A stretch of 64,000 nucleotides of DNA from a virus (Duplodnaviria; Caudoviricetes). The stretch is from positions 64,001-128,000 of IMG/VR virus record IMGVR_UViG_3300031994_000023; one strand, given 5' to 3'. The notes beneath the pieces are model-generated. The model was not told the origin of the DNA and did no database searches. It saw nothing but the letters and a program-made list of their open reading frames with translations. How positions within the stretch are numbered: position 1 is the first letter of the stretch; the number at the start of each line of letters is the position of its first letter. Of this stretch, positions 19,702-30,144 are shown piece after piece. The translations under genes and the position numbers were made by a program.

Positions 19702-20681
19702 CGCTCCAAGTACAAAGCGTCCATCTTATCCAACCACTCACGAGGAGTTTTAGACTCACGAAACAAACGAGCCACATGGTCTAACTCAGGCTCCAACCTA
19801 ACATGCTCCTCATACGAAATATCCCCCGCAATAGTATACTGTGAACCATTAACATAACCCACCTTACCAGAACCAGGAGTAGAATCCTGAGCCTTTGCAC
19901 GAGTAGGATTAGAAATAGCAGTACCCAGAGGCATAACTGAACATGCAAGATTCTCAGTATGATACATTTCCCTCATTTCTTGTTCAGGATTATTTTTAAA
20001 CCCTCTTGCATACTCTGACGCACTATGCTCCTCTGACAACTTCTTAAAATAAGGATGGTCAGAAAGTGTAGTGTAAGATTCGCCACTTAAATAATCTACT
20101 TTATGAGTTCCTTCATGTTCCATCACATTCTTATAACCACTACTAGCCCATGGGTCTTTTTTATCAAAAATACTGAAAGAATCATAAATTATGACATCAT
20201 TTCCAGGGTCGTAATGTCCACTCTCTCCTTGGTCGTCACCATAAAATATCTGTGCTCCACCATAATACTTGAAAATTTCGGGGTAATCCTTGGCGTAATA
20301 TTTAAAAAACTGTTCGGGTGTAACAATTAATTCTCCGTTGTGCATTGCAGAGAGTACACTTGAATCTAAGAGTAATGCTTGATTATCAAAGTATGCCACA
20401 AATTCTTCATCTTCCATATAAAATTGGTCATAACCTAATTCTTTTAGAGTTTTCAGAAGTTTTGTTGCATCTTCTTCATTGAGGCTCGTGTTCTCAGTTA
20501 AGTATTCTATTGTTTCCGCTTCTTCTTGTTTTGTTGATTCTCTCATCATCATAACCCTTTCGTTGGGATGATGTTCACTACTACTTATCCAGTCACCATA
20601 TGAGTCTATGTATTTGTTGTAATCTTCCAACTCCTTGGTGGAACTTAAACTCATCAGTGATGTGTTTCCTTTACTTGCCAT
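19692..20681 (-). CDS. MASK protein 8: zincin metallopeptidase
   Basis: HEGTH...LSDHPYF...ASEYA...TENLA. Confidence 0.7.
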   Translation of the reverse strand: MASKGNTSLMSLSSTKELEDYNKYIDSYGDWISSSEHHPNERVMMMRESTKQEEAETIEYLTENTSLNEEDATKLLKTLKELGYDQFYMEDEEFVAYFDNQALLLDSSVLSAMHNGELIVTPEQFFKYYAKDYPEIFKYYGGAQIFYGDDQGESGHYDPGNDVIIYDSFSIFDKKDPWASSGYKNVMEHEGTHKVDYLSGESYTTLSDHPYFKKLSEEHSASEYARGFKNNPEQEMREMYHTENLACSVMPLGTAISNPTRAKAQDSTPGSGKVGYVNGSQYTIAGDISYEEHVRLEPELDHVARLFRESKTPREWLDKMDALYLERYG

Positions 20682-20857
20682 AAAACCTTTTTTTTTATGA
20701 TTCTTTTATTTGTAAATTCTCTCTCTCTTTTAATGAAAAACGTGTAAAAATTCCAAAAACACTCATCATTTGTGTGCCAAAATAACACCGTCCATACTCC
20801 ATTTTTCAACAGGGGACTTAATTAATTATATACTTCTTAAACAACATACAAGAATAC

Positions 20858-21166
20858 ATGACCAAACTAAAAAACATACTTCAAAAATTTAATTTAAATC
20901 CTGAGTTAACAGAAGCATTATTTGAGTTAGATTTTGTTGATATTTATGATAATTACCAGAATGAAACTGTAGATGGCAACAAGTTCCTTGTGTTAAGAGG
21001 TACGACCACCACACCAGAGGGGGAAATATACCCTCAAGAATTGGTTATTGATGAACAAAACCAAAAAGTAGTGGCATACGGTTATCCATTCAATGACACA
21101 AAATATGAGAAAGCACCTATTTTTTATCAGGAATATGATAAAAATGGTGAAATTATAGGAATATAA
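20858..21166 (+). CDS. Small plus-strand protein convergent on a peptidase (candidate immunity)
   Basis: TTATATA about 26 nt upstream (leaderless); MTKLKNILQKFNLNPELTEALFELD. Confidence 0.65.
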   Translation: MTKLKNILQKFNLNPELTEALFELDFVDIYDNYQNETVDGNKFLVLRGTTTTPEGEIYPQELVIDEQNQKVVAYGYPFNDTKYEKAPIFYQEYDKNGEIIGI

Positions 21167-21207
21167 AAAAAAGAGTACAGTATTCTTTTCTCCCTATTTT
21201 TTTTTAT

Positions 21208-22083
21208 TTATTTGAGTATTTGTGGTGTGGGCTCTGTTGGTTCTAAATATGTTTGTGCATAGAGTTTAGGGTTTTCTATAAATTCGCCTGCTAATTTTAT
21301 CATTTGTTTGTTTTCATCTTTTTTTGCCCAAGTCTTGTATGGCATAAGACCTTCTTTTGTAGGTACAATTATGTTTTCACCATGTTTTTTGGCTAATTGA
21401 ACATATGCTCCTACTTCTGCCAAGTTTTCTGCCCTTTTTCTCCAATCCGTAGACCTTGGGTCAATTGATACTGCATATGCATATTCTGTTGGTGTTTTAC
21501 CATCAGACGCTTCTTTCCACGCTTTGTTCTTAGAGAAAAAGCCTCGCACACTATTACTACTCCGGTATGCCCAGTCAAGAGAATGTATTGACTCATGATT
21601 CAAAGAATATTCTAAACTTTGTGGACTGTTCTTTGAGTGTAGTAAATTTCCAGCAGTGATTATGATTACGTTGGCACTTGGAACGAATTGTCCGAGAACT
21701 TCCCTACCATTTGGATTATATTTTGGTCCAGTGAATGTTATTTGGTTAACATGTCCTTTAATGTTAGGATTTAAGTTTGTATAATACTCCATAACATCCC
21801 TCAAAGTGTATCGTCCATCAGGTAAATTGTCATTTAATCCGAACCTTGAATTAGTAAGAAATGCTCCTCTAAATACCAATCTTTCGTTAGGTGCATTAGG
21901 GTCAGAGTTTGATAGGATGAGAGAATCTATTTTTTTATCATAGGTTGCGTTGAACCCATATTCTTTGGCTACTGTTTCAATGTATTTTATTTGATTGTCC
22001 ATTAAGTAACCCATTTGGTTGAGGTTTTTAATTTCAACGGAGTCTGTGGATATTGCGTTTAGTGAAGAGTATTTACTTGCCAT
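21208..22083 (-). CDS. MASK protein 9: zincin metallopeptidase
   Basis: HESIH...PTEYA...AENLAE. Confidence 0.7.
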   Translation of the reverse strand: MASKYSSLNAISTDSVEIKNLNQMGYLMDNQIKYIETVAKEYGFNATYDKKIDSLILSNSDPNAPNERLVFRGAFLTNSRFGLNDNLPDGRYTLRDVMEYYTNLNPNIKGHVNQITFTGPKYNPNGREVLGQFVPSANVIIITAGNLLHSKNSPQSLEYSLNHESIHSLDWAYRSSNSVRGFFSKNKAWKEASDGKTPTEYAYAVSIDPRSTDWRKRAENLAEVGAYVQLAKKHGENIIVPTKEGLMPYKTWAKKDENKQMIKLAGEFIENPKLYAQTYLEPTEPTPQILK

Positions 22084-22130
22084 AATCCCTTTTTTATGTT
22101 AATCCTGTTTGTCGTTTTATACTTTTTTTT

Positions 22131-22697
22131 TTATTTGTATCTTTCACTGACTAGTGTGTCCATTGCTGTTTGTGCACTATAATATCTGTCAAAGAATTCT
22201 TCTAGGTACCCTTGGTTTCCGAGATATTCTATTTGTCGTTCTAAGTCTCTGTTGATTCGTTCATTGTTTAAACCTCTGGCTTGTATTGTTTCCTGCATTG
22301 CCTTTGAGGATATTATGGTGTTTAATCTGTTTTGAACATCTCGTCCTCTTGATAATGTACCCATGAGTTCGGAGTAGGCTTGTTCTAGTTGCTCCGTTGG
22401 TTCTCTCAGTTGATTAAATGGGTAATTTTCTGTTTCAATATTATGTACGAGTTGTCTTGCCATTGACACTCTTTGTCTTTCGAGGTCATCTAGTTTTTGG
22501 GTTACATTATCTATTATTTCATCTGTGTCTTGCAGTAAGTGTTCTCGACTTCCGAAGGCACTTTCATTAGTTTGTGTTCCTGTTTCTGTTTCAGTTAATT
22601 CTTCTCCTGTGAGTGGGTCTGTGTTGTGCCAGTTTCCTTCACCATCTATGTATCCTACTCCCATTTGAATATTACTTCCACCATCTTTACTAGCCAT
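22131..22697 (-). CDS. MASK protein 10: helical/coiled-coil
   Basis: MASKDGGS start. Confidence 0.65.
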   Translation of the reverse strand: MASKDGGSNIQMGVGYIDGEGNWHNTDPLTGEELTETETGTQTNESAFGSREHLLQDTDEIIDNVTQKLDDLERQRVSMARQLVHNIETENYPFNQLREPTEQLEQAYSELMGTLSRGRDVQNRLNTIISSKAMQETIQARGLNNERINRDLERQIEYLGNQGYLEEFFDRYYSAQTAMDTLVSERYK

Positions 22698-22852
22698 TAT
22701 TTTATTATTCTCCTATTATATCTCTTTTTTTTGTGCCACATTGTTAGTTTGTGGCACGGAATTTAATAGTTTTTTTTCTCTGAAAAAAAAAAGAATTCAT
22801 TACAATAATTAATAAAAAATTATATCATTTATTAAAAACAAAAAAGATAATT

Positions 22853-23185
22853 ATGACAACAATAAATGATATTTTTAAACAATTCGGTTTAGACTGCCAT
22901 CTTTGTGAAACATTAAAAAAACACACACTAAAATATAACCCTACAATAACAGATTACAATCATGAAAAAAACCCTCAAACAAACAAAGCAATATATGAGA
23001 GATATTCATTTACTGGAACCTGTAACAAAGAAGGAACACCATGTGACATAAAATTAAACATAATGGTATATGACAACAATACCAAATTACATTATCGTGT
23101 AGAAGATAACAGTCGCTTCAAATCACCATTAAACGAGGGCATAACCATAGACTGTGACGGAAACAAAGGCTACGACCTAGGATAA
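22853..23185 (+). CDS. Small plus-strand protein convergent on a peptidase (candidate immunity)
   Basis: MTTINDIFKQFGLD; AT-rich TATA-like upstream region. Confidence 0.6.
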   Translation: MTTINDIFKQFGLDCHLCETLKKHTLKYNPTITDYNHEKNPQTNKAIYERYSFTGTCNKEGTPCDIKLNIMVYDNNTKLHYRVEDNSRFKSPLNEGITIDCDGNKGYDLG

Positions 23186-23264
23186 AAAAAACCCATCCTA
23201 CACCCCAACTTCTTCACCAAACTCTCAATTCTTTTTTTTCCACAAAAAACAATAAACACTCCGT

Positions 23265-24212
23265 TTATAACTTGCTATCCATGAATGCCACCACTTCATC
23301 AACAGAATTTGCATTATACACAACATCCGCCAACTCTGCCAACTCCTTATGAGACTTTCTCCAATCACCATAAGGCATGTCATTACCTGGATTAGAAGGG
23401 TCTTCAATCATTGCAAGATGTCGTGTACTCTTATCTGACCAATATCTCATAGGCATAACCGCTTCCGCCAAGTTTTCACAATAATATTTCCTATTCTCAT
23501 CAGGGTCAGATGAATTTTTATAACTTAAACTATACCCCGAAGCTGCACTTTTATCCGAAATTTTCATGAAATAAGGATGATTTGAGATTATTCCACCACC
23601 ATTAAGTGCACCTTTTCCTCCGAAATCCAATCTATGCACATGCTCATGTAACATTGTATGTCCTAAATCATAACTAGTACCTTGACCTATTTGGAACAAT
23701 GGTGTAACACTTATATAAATCTCATTGTCTTCTGTGTAATAGTTTTGGTCAGAATATGCGAATATTACTTTTCCACCATTTGCATGGAATAAATCTGGTT
23801 GATTATTTATTTCATCTAAGATTGATGAAAAACGGTATGCTGAATCGAATGGGTTGATTGGTATTTCATCTTCCACAAATTCTAGGTATCTGTCAGATAT
23901 GAAATATATTTGATTGTCTTGTCGTAATGTTATTCCATTTATTCCTTCATGTTCGTATTCTGGTAATATTTCGAATCCTGCATTTTGTATGTCATAGTAT
24001 AAGTCGTAGTATGCGTCAATGTCAAGTGTTTCTTCGTCAACCGTTTTGCTTTTTTCTGCCAGAAAATCTTCGACATCATCTACTGATTCCATATTATAGT
24101 ATTCATCTAATGAAGGGTCGTATGTTTTTTCTTGTTCGTCGAATGTTTCTTCGTATTCTTCCTCTGTCTCAGAAACGGTTGTTGTGGAACCACCACCATA
24201 TTTACTTGCCAT
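23265..24212 (-). CDS. MASK protein 11: zincin metallopeptidase
   Basis: HEHVHRLDF...ISNHPYF...ASGYS...CENLAEAVMPMRY. Confidence 0.7.
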   Translation of the reverse strand: MASKYGGGSTTTVSETEEEYEETFDEQEKTYDPSLDEYYNMESVDDVEDFLAEKSKTVDEETLDIDAYYDLYYDIQNAGFEILPEYEHEGINGITLRQDNQIYFISDRYLEFVEDEIPINPFDSAYRFSSILDEINNQPDLFHANGGKVIFAYSDQNYYTEDNEIYISVTPLFQIGQGTSYDLGHTMLHEHVHRLDFGGKGALNGGGIISNHPYFMKISDKSAASGYSLSYKNSSDPDENRKYYCENLAEAVMPMRYWSDKSTRHLAMIEDPSNPGNDMPYGDWRKSHKELAELADVVYNANSVDEVVAFMDSKL

Positions 24213-24255
24213 TTTTTTTATGTTCCTTCCGTTAAAGTTTTATATTTTTTTTTGT

Positions 24256-25212
24256 CTAAAAGTATTCATCCATATATTCATCTTTTAAGTGTTGTGGATA
24301 TGATTCCCATTTTTTGTCCAAGAATGACACTATCTCATCTAATGAATTAGAAGAATAAACTTTCTCTGCAACCTCTGCTAATTCCGTGTGTGTTTTCCTC
24401 CAGTTCCCATAGGGTATGTCTTCTCCTGTGTCAGGGTCACTAATCATAGCCATATGTCTTGTAGATTTATTCGCATAATATCTCATAGGCATAACAGATT
24501 CCGCCAAATTCTCTCCAAAGTAATTTTGCCAATCTAATGGATTATCACTTTCTTTGTAAGATTTACTGTATGCCGATGCAGGACTGCTATTTGAAATTGC
24601 CCTAAAATATGGATGTCCAGATATAAGTCCTTCACGTTGTTGTTTTCCTTGTTCAAAATCAAGCCTATGTATATGTTCATGAAGAATAGTTTGCCCTATT
24701 GAACCAGAAGTTCCTTTTTTATCATTGTCGAGCATGGTTGTACTGAGAGTAATTTCATTACTATAAGGGTCATAATAATTTTGGAAGGTGTCTTCTAAAC
24801 GTACAAGACCACCCATTGACTTAATTAATGGAGGATGTGAATCAAACTCTGCTAGAATATCTTTTAAAGAGTAATCTGTCTGATAATCAAGGGTTCCTCT
24901 CTTTTCGTTAAGGTAGTCCTTGTATTCATCAGATAAAAAATAAACATTATTATCTTTTCGGAACATTATCCCATCAACACCATCATAGGAAAATGTTGGA
25001 AGAACTTCATAACTGTTTGCAGTTAATGCGTCATAAATCTGAGCTAATTCTTGTTTAATTTCTGGTTCATCCACTCCCATTTCTTCCATTTTGGTGTTTA
25101 TAAAATCTTCTTTCCCCATTTCTTTCATATCATAATATGAAGATAGTGAAGGGTCACGGAGATTCAATGTACTCTCCGATGAAAGTAGAATAGAACTATA
25201 TTTACTTGCCAT
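24256..25212 (-). CDS. MASK protein 12: zincin metallopeptidase, close paralog of protein 11
   Basis: HEHIHRLDF...ISGHPYF...ASAYS...GENLAESVMPMRY. Confidence 0.7.
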   Translation of the reverse strand: MASKYSSILLSSESTLNLRDPSLSSYYDMKEMGKEDFINTKMEEMGVDEPEIKQELAQIYDALTANSYEVLPTFSYDGVDGIMFRKDNNVYFLSDEYKDYLNEKRGTLDYQTDYSLKDILAEFDSHPPLIKSMGGLVRLEDTFQNYYDPYSNEITLSTTMLDNDKKGTSGSIGQTILHEHIHRLDFEQGKQQREGLISGHPYFRAISNSSPASAYSKSYKESDNPLDWQNYFGENLAESVMPMRYYANKSTRHMAMISDPDTGEDIPYGNWRKTHTELAEVAEKVYSSNSLDEIVSFLDKKWESYPQHLKDEYMDEYF

Positions 25213-25248
25213 TGTTTTTTTTTATAGTGTCTCTTTTAAAATTTACTC

Positions 25249-25839
25249 TTATGCCTCTTCAATATAAATTAAGCGTACTTTTTCGTTTTCCCTCAGTTCT
25301 TCATGAGTAGTATTTTTCCTGTCAAAGAAATCATAATAATTAACTGTTTTAATATCCTTAACAAGCCACCCCTCACCTTTACCGTCACCCCTCACTAAAC
25401 GTTCTGCCTGACCATATTCTTCTTGATAATAGTCAAGAGAAAACATGGGAGTACCTTTCGGTGCGATGAATATATTGTAGGGAGCATTGTTTAATTGTCT
25501 GTATCGGGGGTTTCTGAATATTTCAACAACACCCTCTTGAAACGAAGAGAAATCTTCACTAAACGATTTAAGTGTTCCTGTGAAGAATACGGAATCTCCA
25601 ATTTTCAAGTTATCATGTTCATTTTCATACGCTTCATCTCCATAGTTTGTATTGGATGGAGTGCTAAATCTATACAATACATCTTCTGATGGTTCCATAT
25701 GGTCAAGTATATACTGTTCTTGTTCGGGGCTAAAAAGATTGCCATCACCCGAAACCCATTTATCGAATGTTTCCAGATTATCTTGGATATATTGGTCAGA
25801 TAATTGTGATTGTAGTGTCACATTGCCCTTGCTCGTCAT
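25249..25839 (-). CDS. MASK protein 13 (MTSK): ADP-ribosyltransferase-like (R-S-QxE)
   Basis: VLYRF...IGDSVFF...LKSFS...IFIAPKGT...YGQAERLV; paralog of protein 3. Confidence 0.65.
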   Translation of the reverse strand: MTSKGNVTLQSQLSDQYIQDNLETFDKWVSGDGNLFSPEQEQYILDHMEPSEDVLYRFSTPSNTNYGDEAYENEHDNLKIGDSVFFTGTLKSFSEDFSSFQEGVVEIFRNPRYRQLNNAPYNIFIAPKGTPMFSLDYYQEEYGQAERLVRGDGKGEGWLVKDIKTVNYYDFFDRKNTTHEELRENEKVRLIYIEEA

Positions 25840-25930
25840 ACTCCTCTTCTTCTTCTTTTTTTTGTTCTGAACCTTTCTTTTTCCTTAGATTAACAAGTTA
25901 TACTCCTAATATAAGACTATTTGACATGTT

Positions 25931-27451
25931 TTACATTATAATTTTTGTTCGTTTATGAGTCCATTGTCGAGCACTGCCGGTGAGACTATCCACAATGTCA
26001 TCACGTTCACCTTCCACACCCGTGAAACTAATTAATTGTTCAATCATCTTATTATTCCATGGGGCACGAACGAATTTAACACAACGACTTTCTGCCAAAT
26101 TTTCCAAAGCGAAACTACGAATATTCTTTGCACCACGCACTTTATCACCACGAATATTCCATAACTTAAGACGAGGATGATTTGCAAAACTGTTAATAAG
26201 AATTCGACTACCACTACCAGGCTCTTCCTCAATCCTTATTCTCACATGTCTACCATCCTTCAATGCAATTCTCATAAATGTTTCATTAACCATTTTCGGA
26301 GTGAAATTCCCATTTACAAGGTCGAGAACATAGAGTGTTTCGCCATCATACGCAGTTAACACACCACTAGTTTCATCACCTTCAGGTTTATAGTTTGCCT
26401 TGGTTTTCTTGTTAGCTGCGAAATCCCAGTATCTCATCCGAGGTATTCCTTCGGGTACTTCATCTTTTTCTATTATGCATGTAGGCACCACTCCATCTTC
26501 ATCGTAGAACCATTCTCTTCGGAACACATATCCTTGTCTTACGGTAGGGTTGCCTTGATATACTGCGTTGAAGAGGTAAGAACCCATACTTCTCTTGGCT
26601 TCCATTAACACATTAATATCCCTTTGTTCTTCCCACAAGACTTCTCCTTCTTTTCTTCCTAGAAGGTCACGAGAAGGGTCTTCACATATTGCGGGGAAGT
26701 TAACATCAACCCATACTTCTTGAGGTATTGCCCCACCTTTCCTTAAAATCTCTAATGCCTCTTTAGCATCAATTGTTGGCTCATTTCGTTGAATGATTCC
26801 CTGCAAATCATTGATATGTAAACGTTGTGCGATTATGAGCATTATGGGTGGTAGTCCATTACTACGTTTTTGTAAACGAGTTTTTGCAGTTGCCTCAAAC
26901 CATGACCTTAATTTATCTTGCAATACAGGACTTTCCGCTTCGGCAATGTTTTTAATAGGGTCGTCAATTATGAAGAGCCCCGCACCGAAACCGAGGATAG
27001 AACCGGCAGCACCTACACTTAACATTTGTCCTTCAAATGGTTTTTGCATGTGAAACTTGTTTTTTGCCTTACTATCTGTTGCAAGTCCCGCTTTAAGAAG
27101 TGTTTGGTCACTATAATAGTTAAGAATGTCTTTTACTTCTCCTCCGAATTCACTGGCTAAACCCTGTGAATAAGAGGATAAAATCACCTGCTCATTTGGG
27201 AAGTTTGCAAGGAAATATGAACAAAATATTTTACTTATGAGTGTGGATTTTCCGTGTCGTGGTGGTACGGAGAGCATGAGTTTGGAGACTTTACCTTGGA
27301 TGGCATAATAAAGAAATTCTATGATTATTTTGTCAAAGTCTCTTGGTTTCCATGTTCCATTGGTTATTAATTTACCCCACATTGCAATATTTATGGAGGC
27401 AGGGTTGTACAAATCGTTAGGTAATTTTTTATCTATTTCTGTTTCGGTCAT
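25931..27451 (-). CDS. terL: Terminase large subunit
   Basis: Walker A PPRHGKS, Walker B FIIDDPIK, nuclease RYWDFA and DDIVDSL. Confidence 0.93.
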   Translation of the reverse strand: MTETEIDKKLPNDLYNPASINIAMWGKLITNGTWKPRDFDKIIIEFLYYAIQGKVSKLMLSVPPRHGKSTLISKIFCSYFLANFPNEQVILSSYSQGLASEFGGEVKDILNYYSDQTLLKAGLATDSKAKNKFHMQKPFEGQMLSVGAAGSILGFGAGLFIIDDPIKNIAEAESPVLQDKLRSWFEATAKTRLQKRSNGLPPIMLIIAQRLHINDLQGIIQRNEPTIDAKEALEILRKGGAIPQEVWVDVNFPAICEDPSRDLLGRKEGEVLWEEQRDINVLMEAKRSMGSYLFNAVYQGNPTVRQGYVFRREWFYDEDGVVPTCIIEKDEVPEGIPRMRYWDFAANKKTKANYKPEGDETSGVLTAYDGETLYVLDLVNGNFTPKMVNETFMRIALKDGRHVRIRIEEEPGSGSRILINSFANHPRLKLWNIRGDKVRGAKNIRSFALENLAESRCVKFVRAPWNNKMIEQLISFTGVEGERDDIVDSLTGSARQWTHKRTKIIM

Positions 27452-27555
27452 GGTTCAATTATAAAAAAAAATGTTGGTTTTATTCTAATGTTTCTTCTTC
27501 TTTAGTGAGGAATTTCCTTTTTCCGAGAGGGGGGTGTGTGTGTCGTGTAGTTTTT

Positions 27556-28071
27556 TTATCTGTCTTCGTATCCGTCACGTAACCAACCATATGCTGTCAC
27601 CCTATCACTATCCGGATGGTCTCTTAGATATTGGTACATGTCTTGGAGGTTCTGTTCGACATGTTGTTGAACATTTTGTTGATAGTACCTTTCAAATTGT
27701 GCGTATGATTTGAAAGCATGTTGGTATGGAAGATATTCTGCATCATACAGTTGGTGTAATCTGTCACGAGGATAATTTAAACCTTCTATACGACCTAGCT
27801 GTTCGGGATTAAACCTGTTTCTCTGAACATCAACAGTTAAATATTGTTCTAATTCTCTGTCAATTTCACCTTTGGTCATGTATCTACTGACTGGTGTGAG
27901 GTCTATTGTTTCACCATCTACTTCTACGGTTGTGGATGGATTATTCCATCTTTCTGCTCTTGCAGGGTTTGTGTCTGTTGCAACACTATTCAAATATGTT
28001 GGGTAGTCGTCTATTCCTGTGTCTTCATAGGAGGCTCCTCCACCACCCCCGCCTTCTCCTTTACTAGCCAT
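27556..28071 (-). CDS. MASK protein 14 (GIDDY leader)
   Basis: MASKGEGGGGGGASYEDTGIDDYPTYLNS. Confidence 0.7.
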   Translation of the reverse strand: MASKGEGGGGGGASYEDTGIDDYPTYLNSVATDTNPARAERWNNPSTTVEVDGETIDLTPVSRYMTKGEIDRELEQYLTVDVQRNRFNPEQLGRIEGLNYPRDRLHQLYDAEYLPYQHAFKSYAQFERYYQQNVQQHVEQNLQDMYQYLRDHPDSDRVTAYGWLRDGYEDR

Positions 28072-28540
28072 TTAATTTCTCCTGTATCATATTGTTAAGG
28101 TCTTCTTTGAATTCGCCTCGTAAAAACTTATTCGTATCTCTTTGATTACGATATTCCTTGTTATACTGATAAATATAAGATTCAACCATGTGGTCAACAA
28201 CTTCCTCTGGTGTTATATCACCATTTTTTTGTATAGTACGGTTAACTCTATTTACAACTTGATTTTCATAAGGAATTTGATATACTTCTAAACCGAAAGC
28301 TTGGTCAAAAGAGAACATTTCATCAAAACCAGTAGATTCTCTTCGGGTAACAATACTAATAACCCTATCCGCTAAGCCCTCTATATCAATATCAGATTCA
28401 CCATAGTTACTATGAAAATTATGATACTTCTCTTTTAACCCATTAGTGTTCACTGTTTCAGAGTTAAGATAAATAGGATAATCGTCTAGTCCTGTGTCTG
28501 TGTAGGAAGCACCACCACCACTACCATTTTTACTTGCCAT
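28064..28540 (-). CDS. MASK protein 15 (GIDDY leader)
   Basis: MASKNGSGGGASYTDTGLDDYPIYLNSE; start reassigned to the MASK ATG. Confidence 0.7.
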   Translation of the reverse strand: MASKNGSGGGASYTDTGLDDYPIYLNSETVNTNGLKEKYHNFHSNYGESDIDIEGLADRVISIVTRRESTGFDEMFSFDQAFGLEVYQIPYENQVVNRVNRTIQKNGDITPEEVVDHMVESYIYQYNKEYRNQRDTNKFLRGEFKEDLNNMIQEKLNG

Positions 28541-29210
28541 CTTTTCTACTATTACCCTCTTGTTTAACCATTTCATTGATAATATCTAACTGTTTATCAA
28601 TAAATCTCTTATCCATTATTGCCTCAGTGAATTCAGCATACCTTTTACTGGTATCTTCGTCACGTGTCGTGTTAACATCTGCATCAACAATAACCTCTTG
28701 TGTGTCCTGAATCATTTCAGGTAATCCAAGGAATCTTAAGGCAAGTTTACTTGTCACAGCATTGGCGTTGGAAAGATTCTGAATACTATTAGCGACGGTT
28801 GTACTGTTAACACGATTGTTCGGTTCAAATTCACCTGTTTTAGGATTAGGTATGAGTCCGAGGTCTATCATTAATTGTCCTAGTACTGCATCCGTTGCTT
28901 GATGGTATTGGTCAAGTTGTTCTAATCGTTTATCAAAATAAGCGTCTTGTTCTTGTTTTAGTCTTTCATTTCTTAGGTAGACGTCGTATTCGTCTTTTTG
29001 GTTGGCTCTGTCCACCCAGTGATATTTACTACTGTACACTTTTAGTTGTTGTAGGCTTATGTCATTGTTGTGTTTGGCTCTTGTTTTGTTTAGTGTACGG
29101 TTTGGTCCAAGGTTAAGGTAGGTGTTGAAGTAGGTGAACGCTTTTTGCGTTTCATTCTTCATCCTTTCTGACCATGAATAATTTTCGTCTTTATTGTCTT
29201 TTTTTGACAT
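28530..29210 (-). CDS. Probable terminase small subunit
   Basis: N-term HTH-like ETQKAFTYFNTYLNLGPNRTL...SSKYHWVDRA motif; upstream of terL. Confidence 0.65.
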   Translation of the reverse strand: MSKKDNKDENYSWSERMKNETQKAFTYFNTYLNLGPNRTLNKTRAKHNNDISLQQLKVYSSKYHWVDRANQKDEYDVYLRNERLKQEQDAYFDKRLEQLDQYHQATDAVLGQLMIDLGLIPNPKTGEFEPNNRVNSTTVANSIQNLSNANAVTSKLALRFLGLPEMIQDTQEVIVDADVNTTRDEDTSKRYAEFTEAIMDKRFIDKQLDIINEMVKQEGNSRKDGK

Positions 29211-29370
29211 TTTTCCTTCCTTTTTCAGAGTATTCTATTGTATCTTCTTCTAATATTGGGTTATGAACATTTCCGTCTGCGTCTATGGTTTCGAGAATGT
29301 ATCCTTCTTCATCATTGAGTATACTGTATTCTCCATCCCTAGTTACTTTGCTCAAAATTTTTTCAATCAT
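29191..29370 (-). CDS. 59-aa hypothetical protein
   Basis: Hand translation MIEKILSKVTRDGEYSILNDEEGYILETID...; overlaps the terS start. Confidence 0.4.
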   Translation of the reverse strand: MIEKILSKVTRDGEYSILNDEEGYILETIDADGNVHNPILEEDTIEYSEKGRKNVKKRQ

Positions 29371-29452
29371 GTATATAAGATATGTGTTAAATTAAAGTTT
29401 ACAAAAAATAATAAAAAAAAAAATAATAATAGGGAGGAGAGGATGCTTTTAT

Positions 29453-29860
29453 CTAAAGGTAAATCTGGAAATCTTCTTGTCGTGCAGGTTGAGGAATAAC
29501 TACTCTTCCCCCACTTCGTGGACGGAATATTCTATTAAATAAGTTTTGATAATTTCCTGTTTCATAGGCTTCTCGAAGGTCTTCTACGGGGATTTCTCCA
29601 CCGATTATTACATTTCCTGCATGGTCATATGCTGCCTCATCCATTTCCCCTAAATTATCCCTTATTGCCCTTCTTAAACCTATGTCAAATGTATGGGTTT
29701 CATCATCATCTATTTCTTCCAAGAAGTTATCTAGTTCTTCTTGTGTGTCTCCTGCGGGTGTTGTTCCTGCTTCTGTGTTAAGGTATGTTGGATAATCGTC
29801 TATTCCGGTGTCTTCGTAGGAGGCTCCTCCACCTCCACCACCTTCTCCTTTACTAGCCAT
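29453..29860 (-). CDS. MASK protein 16 (GIDDY leader)
   Basis: First 28 aa identical to protein 14; body unrelated. Confidence 0.7.
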   Translation of the reverse strand: MASKGEGGGGGGASYEDTGIDDYPTYLNTEAGTTPAGDTQEELDNFLEEIDDDETHTFDIGLRRAIRDNLGEMDEAAYDHAGNVIIGGEIPVEDLREAYETGNYQNLFNRIFRPRSGGRVVIPQPARQEDFQIYL

Positions 29861-29874
29861 TGATTATTCCCTCT

Positions 29875-30144
29875 TTATCCTCTGTTTCCTCTGTTATTTC
29901 CACTCTTACTCATATTTATTCTGTCGTCGACAGTACGAGTACCTTCATTTTCATTTATACCTGGTGCTCCCTCACGACCCATAAGTCTGTCTATGAAGTC
30001 ATCTACATCTGCATTTACATTTCCTGCGGGTGTGACCATTGCAGTTGCTGTTCCGTCGGCTCCACCACTTCTTGGTCCTCTTGTACGGGTGTTGTCTCCT
30101 GCTCCTGTTAGTCCACCGACTCCGTATCCTTGTTTGCTTGCCAT
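29875..30144 (-). CDS. MASK protein 17: Gly/Arg-rich small protein
   Basis: MASKQGYG start. Confidence 0.6.
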   Translation of the reverse strand: MASKQGYGVGGLTGAGDNTRTRGPRSGGADGTATAMVTPAGNVNADVDDFIDRLMGREGAPGINENEGTRTVDDRINMSKSGNNRGNRG

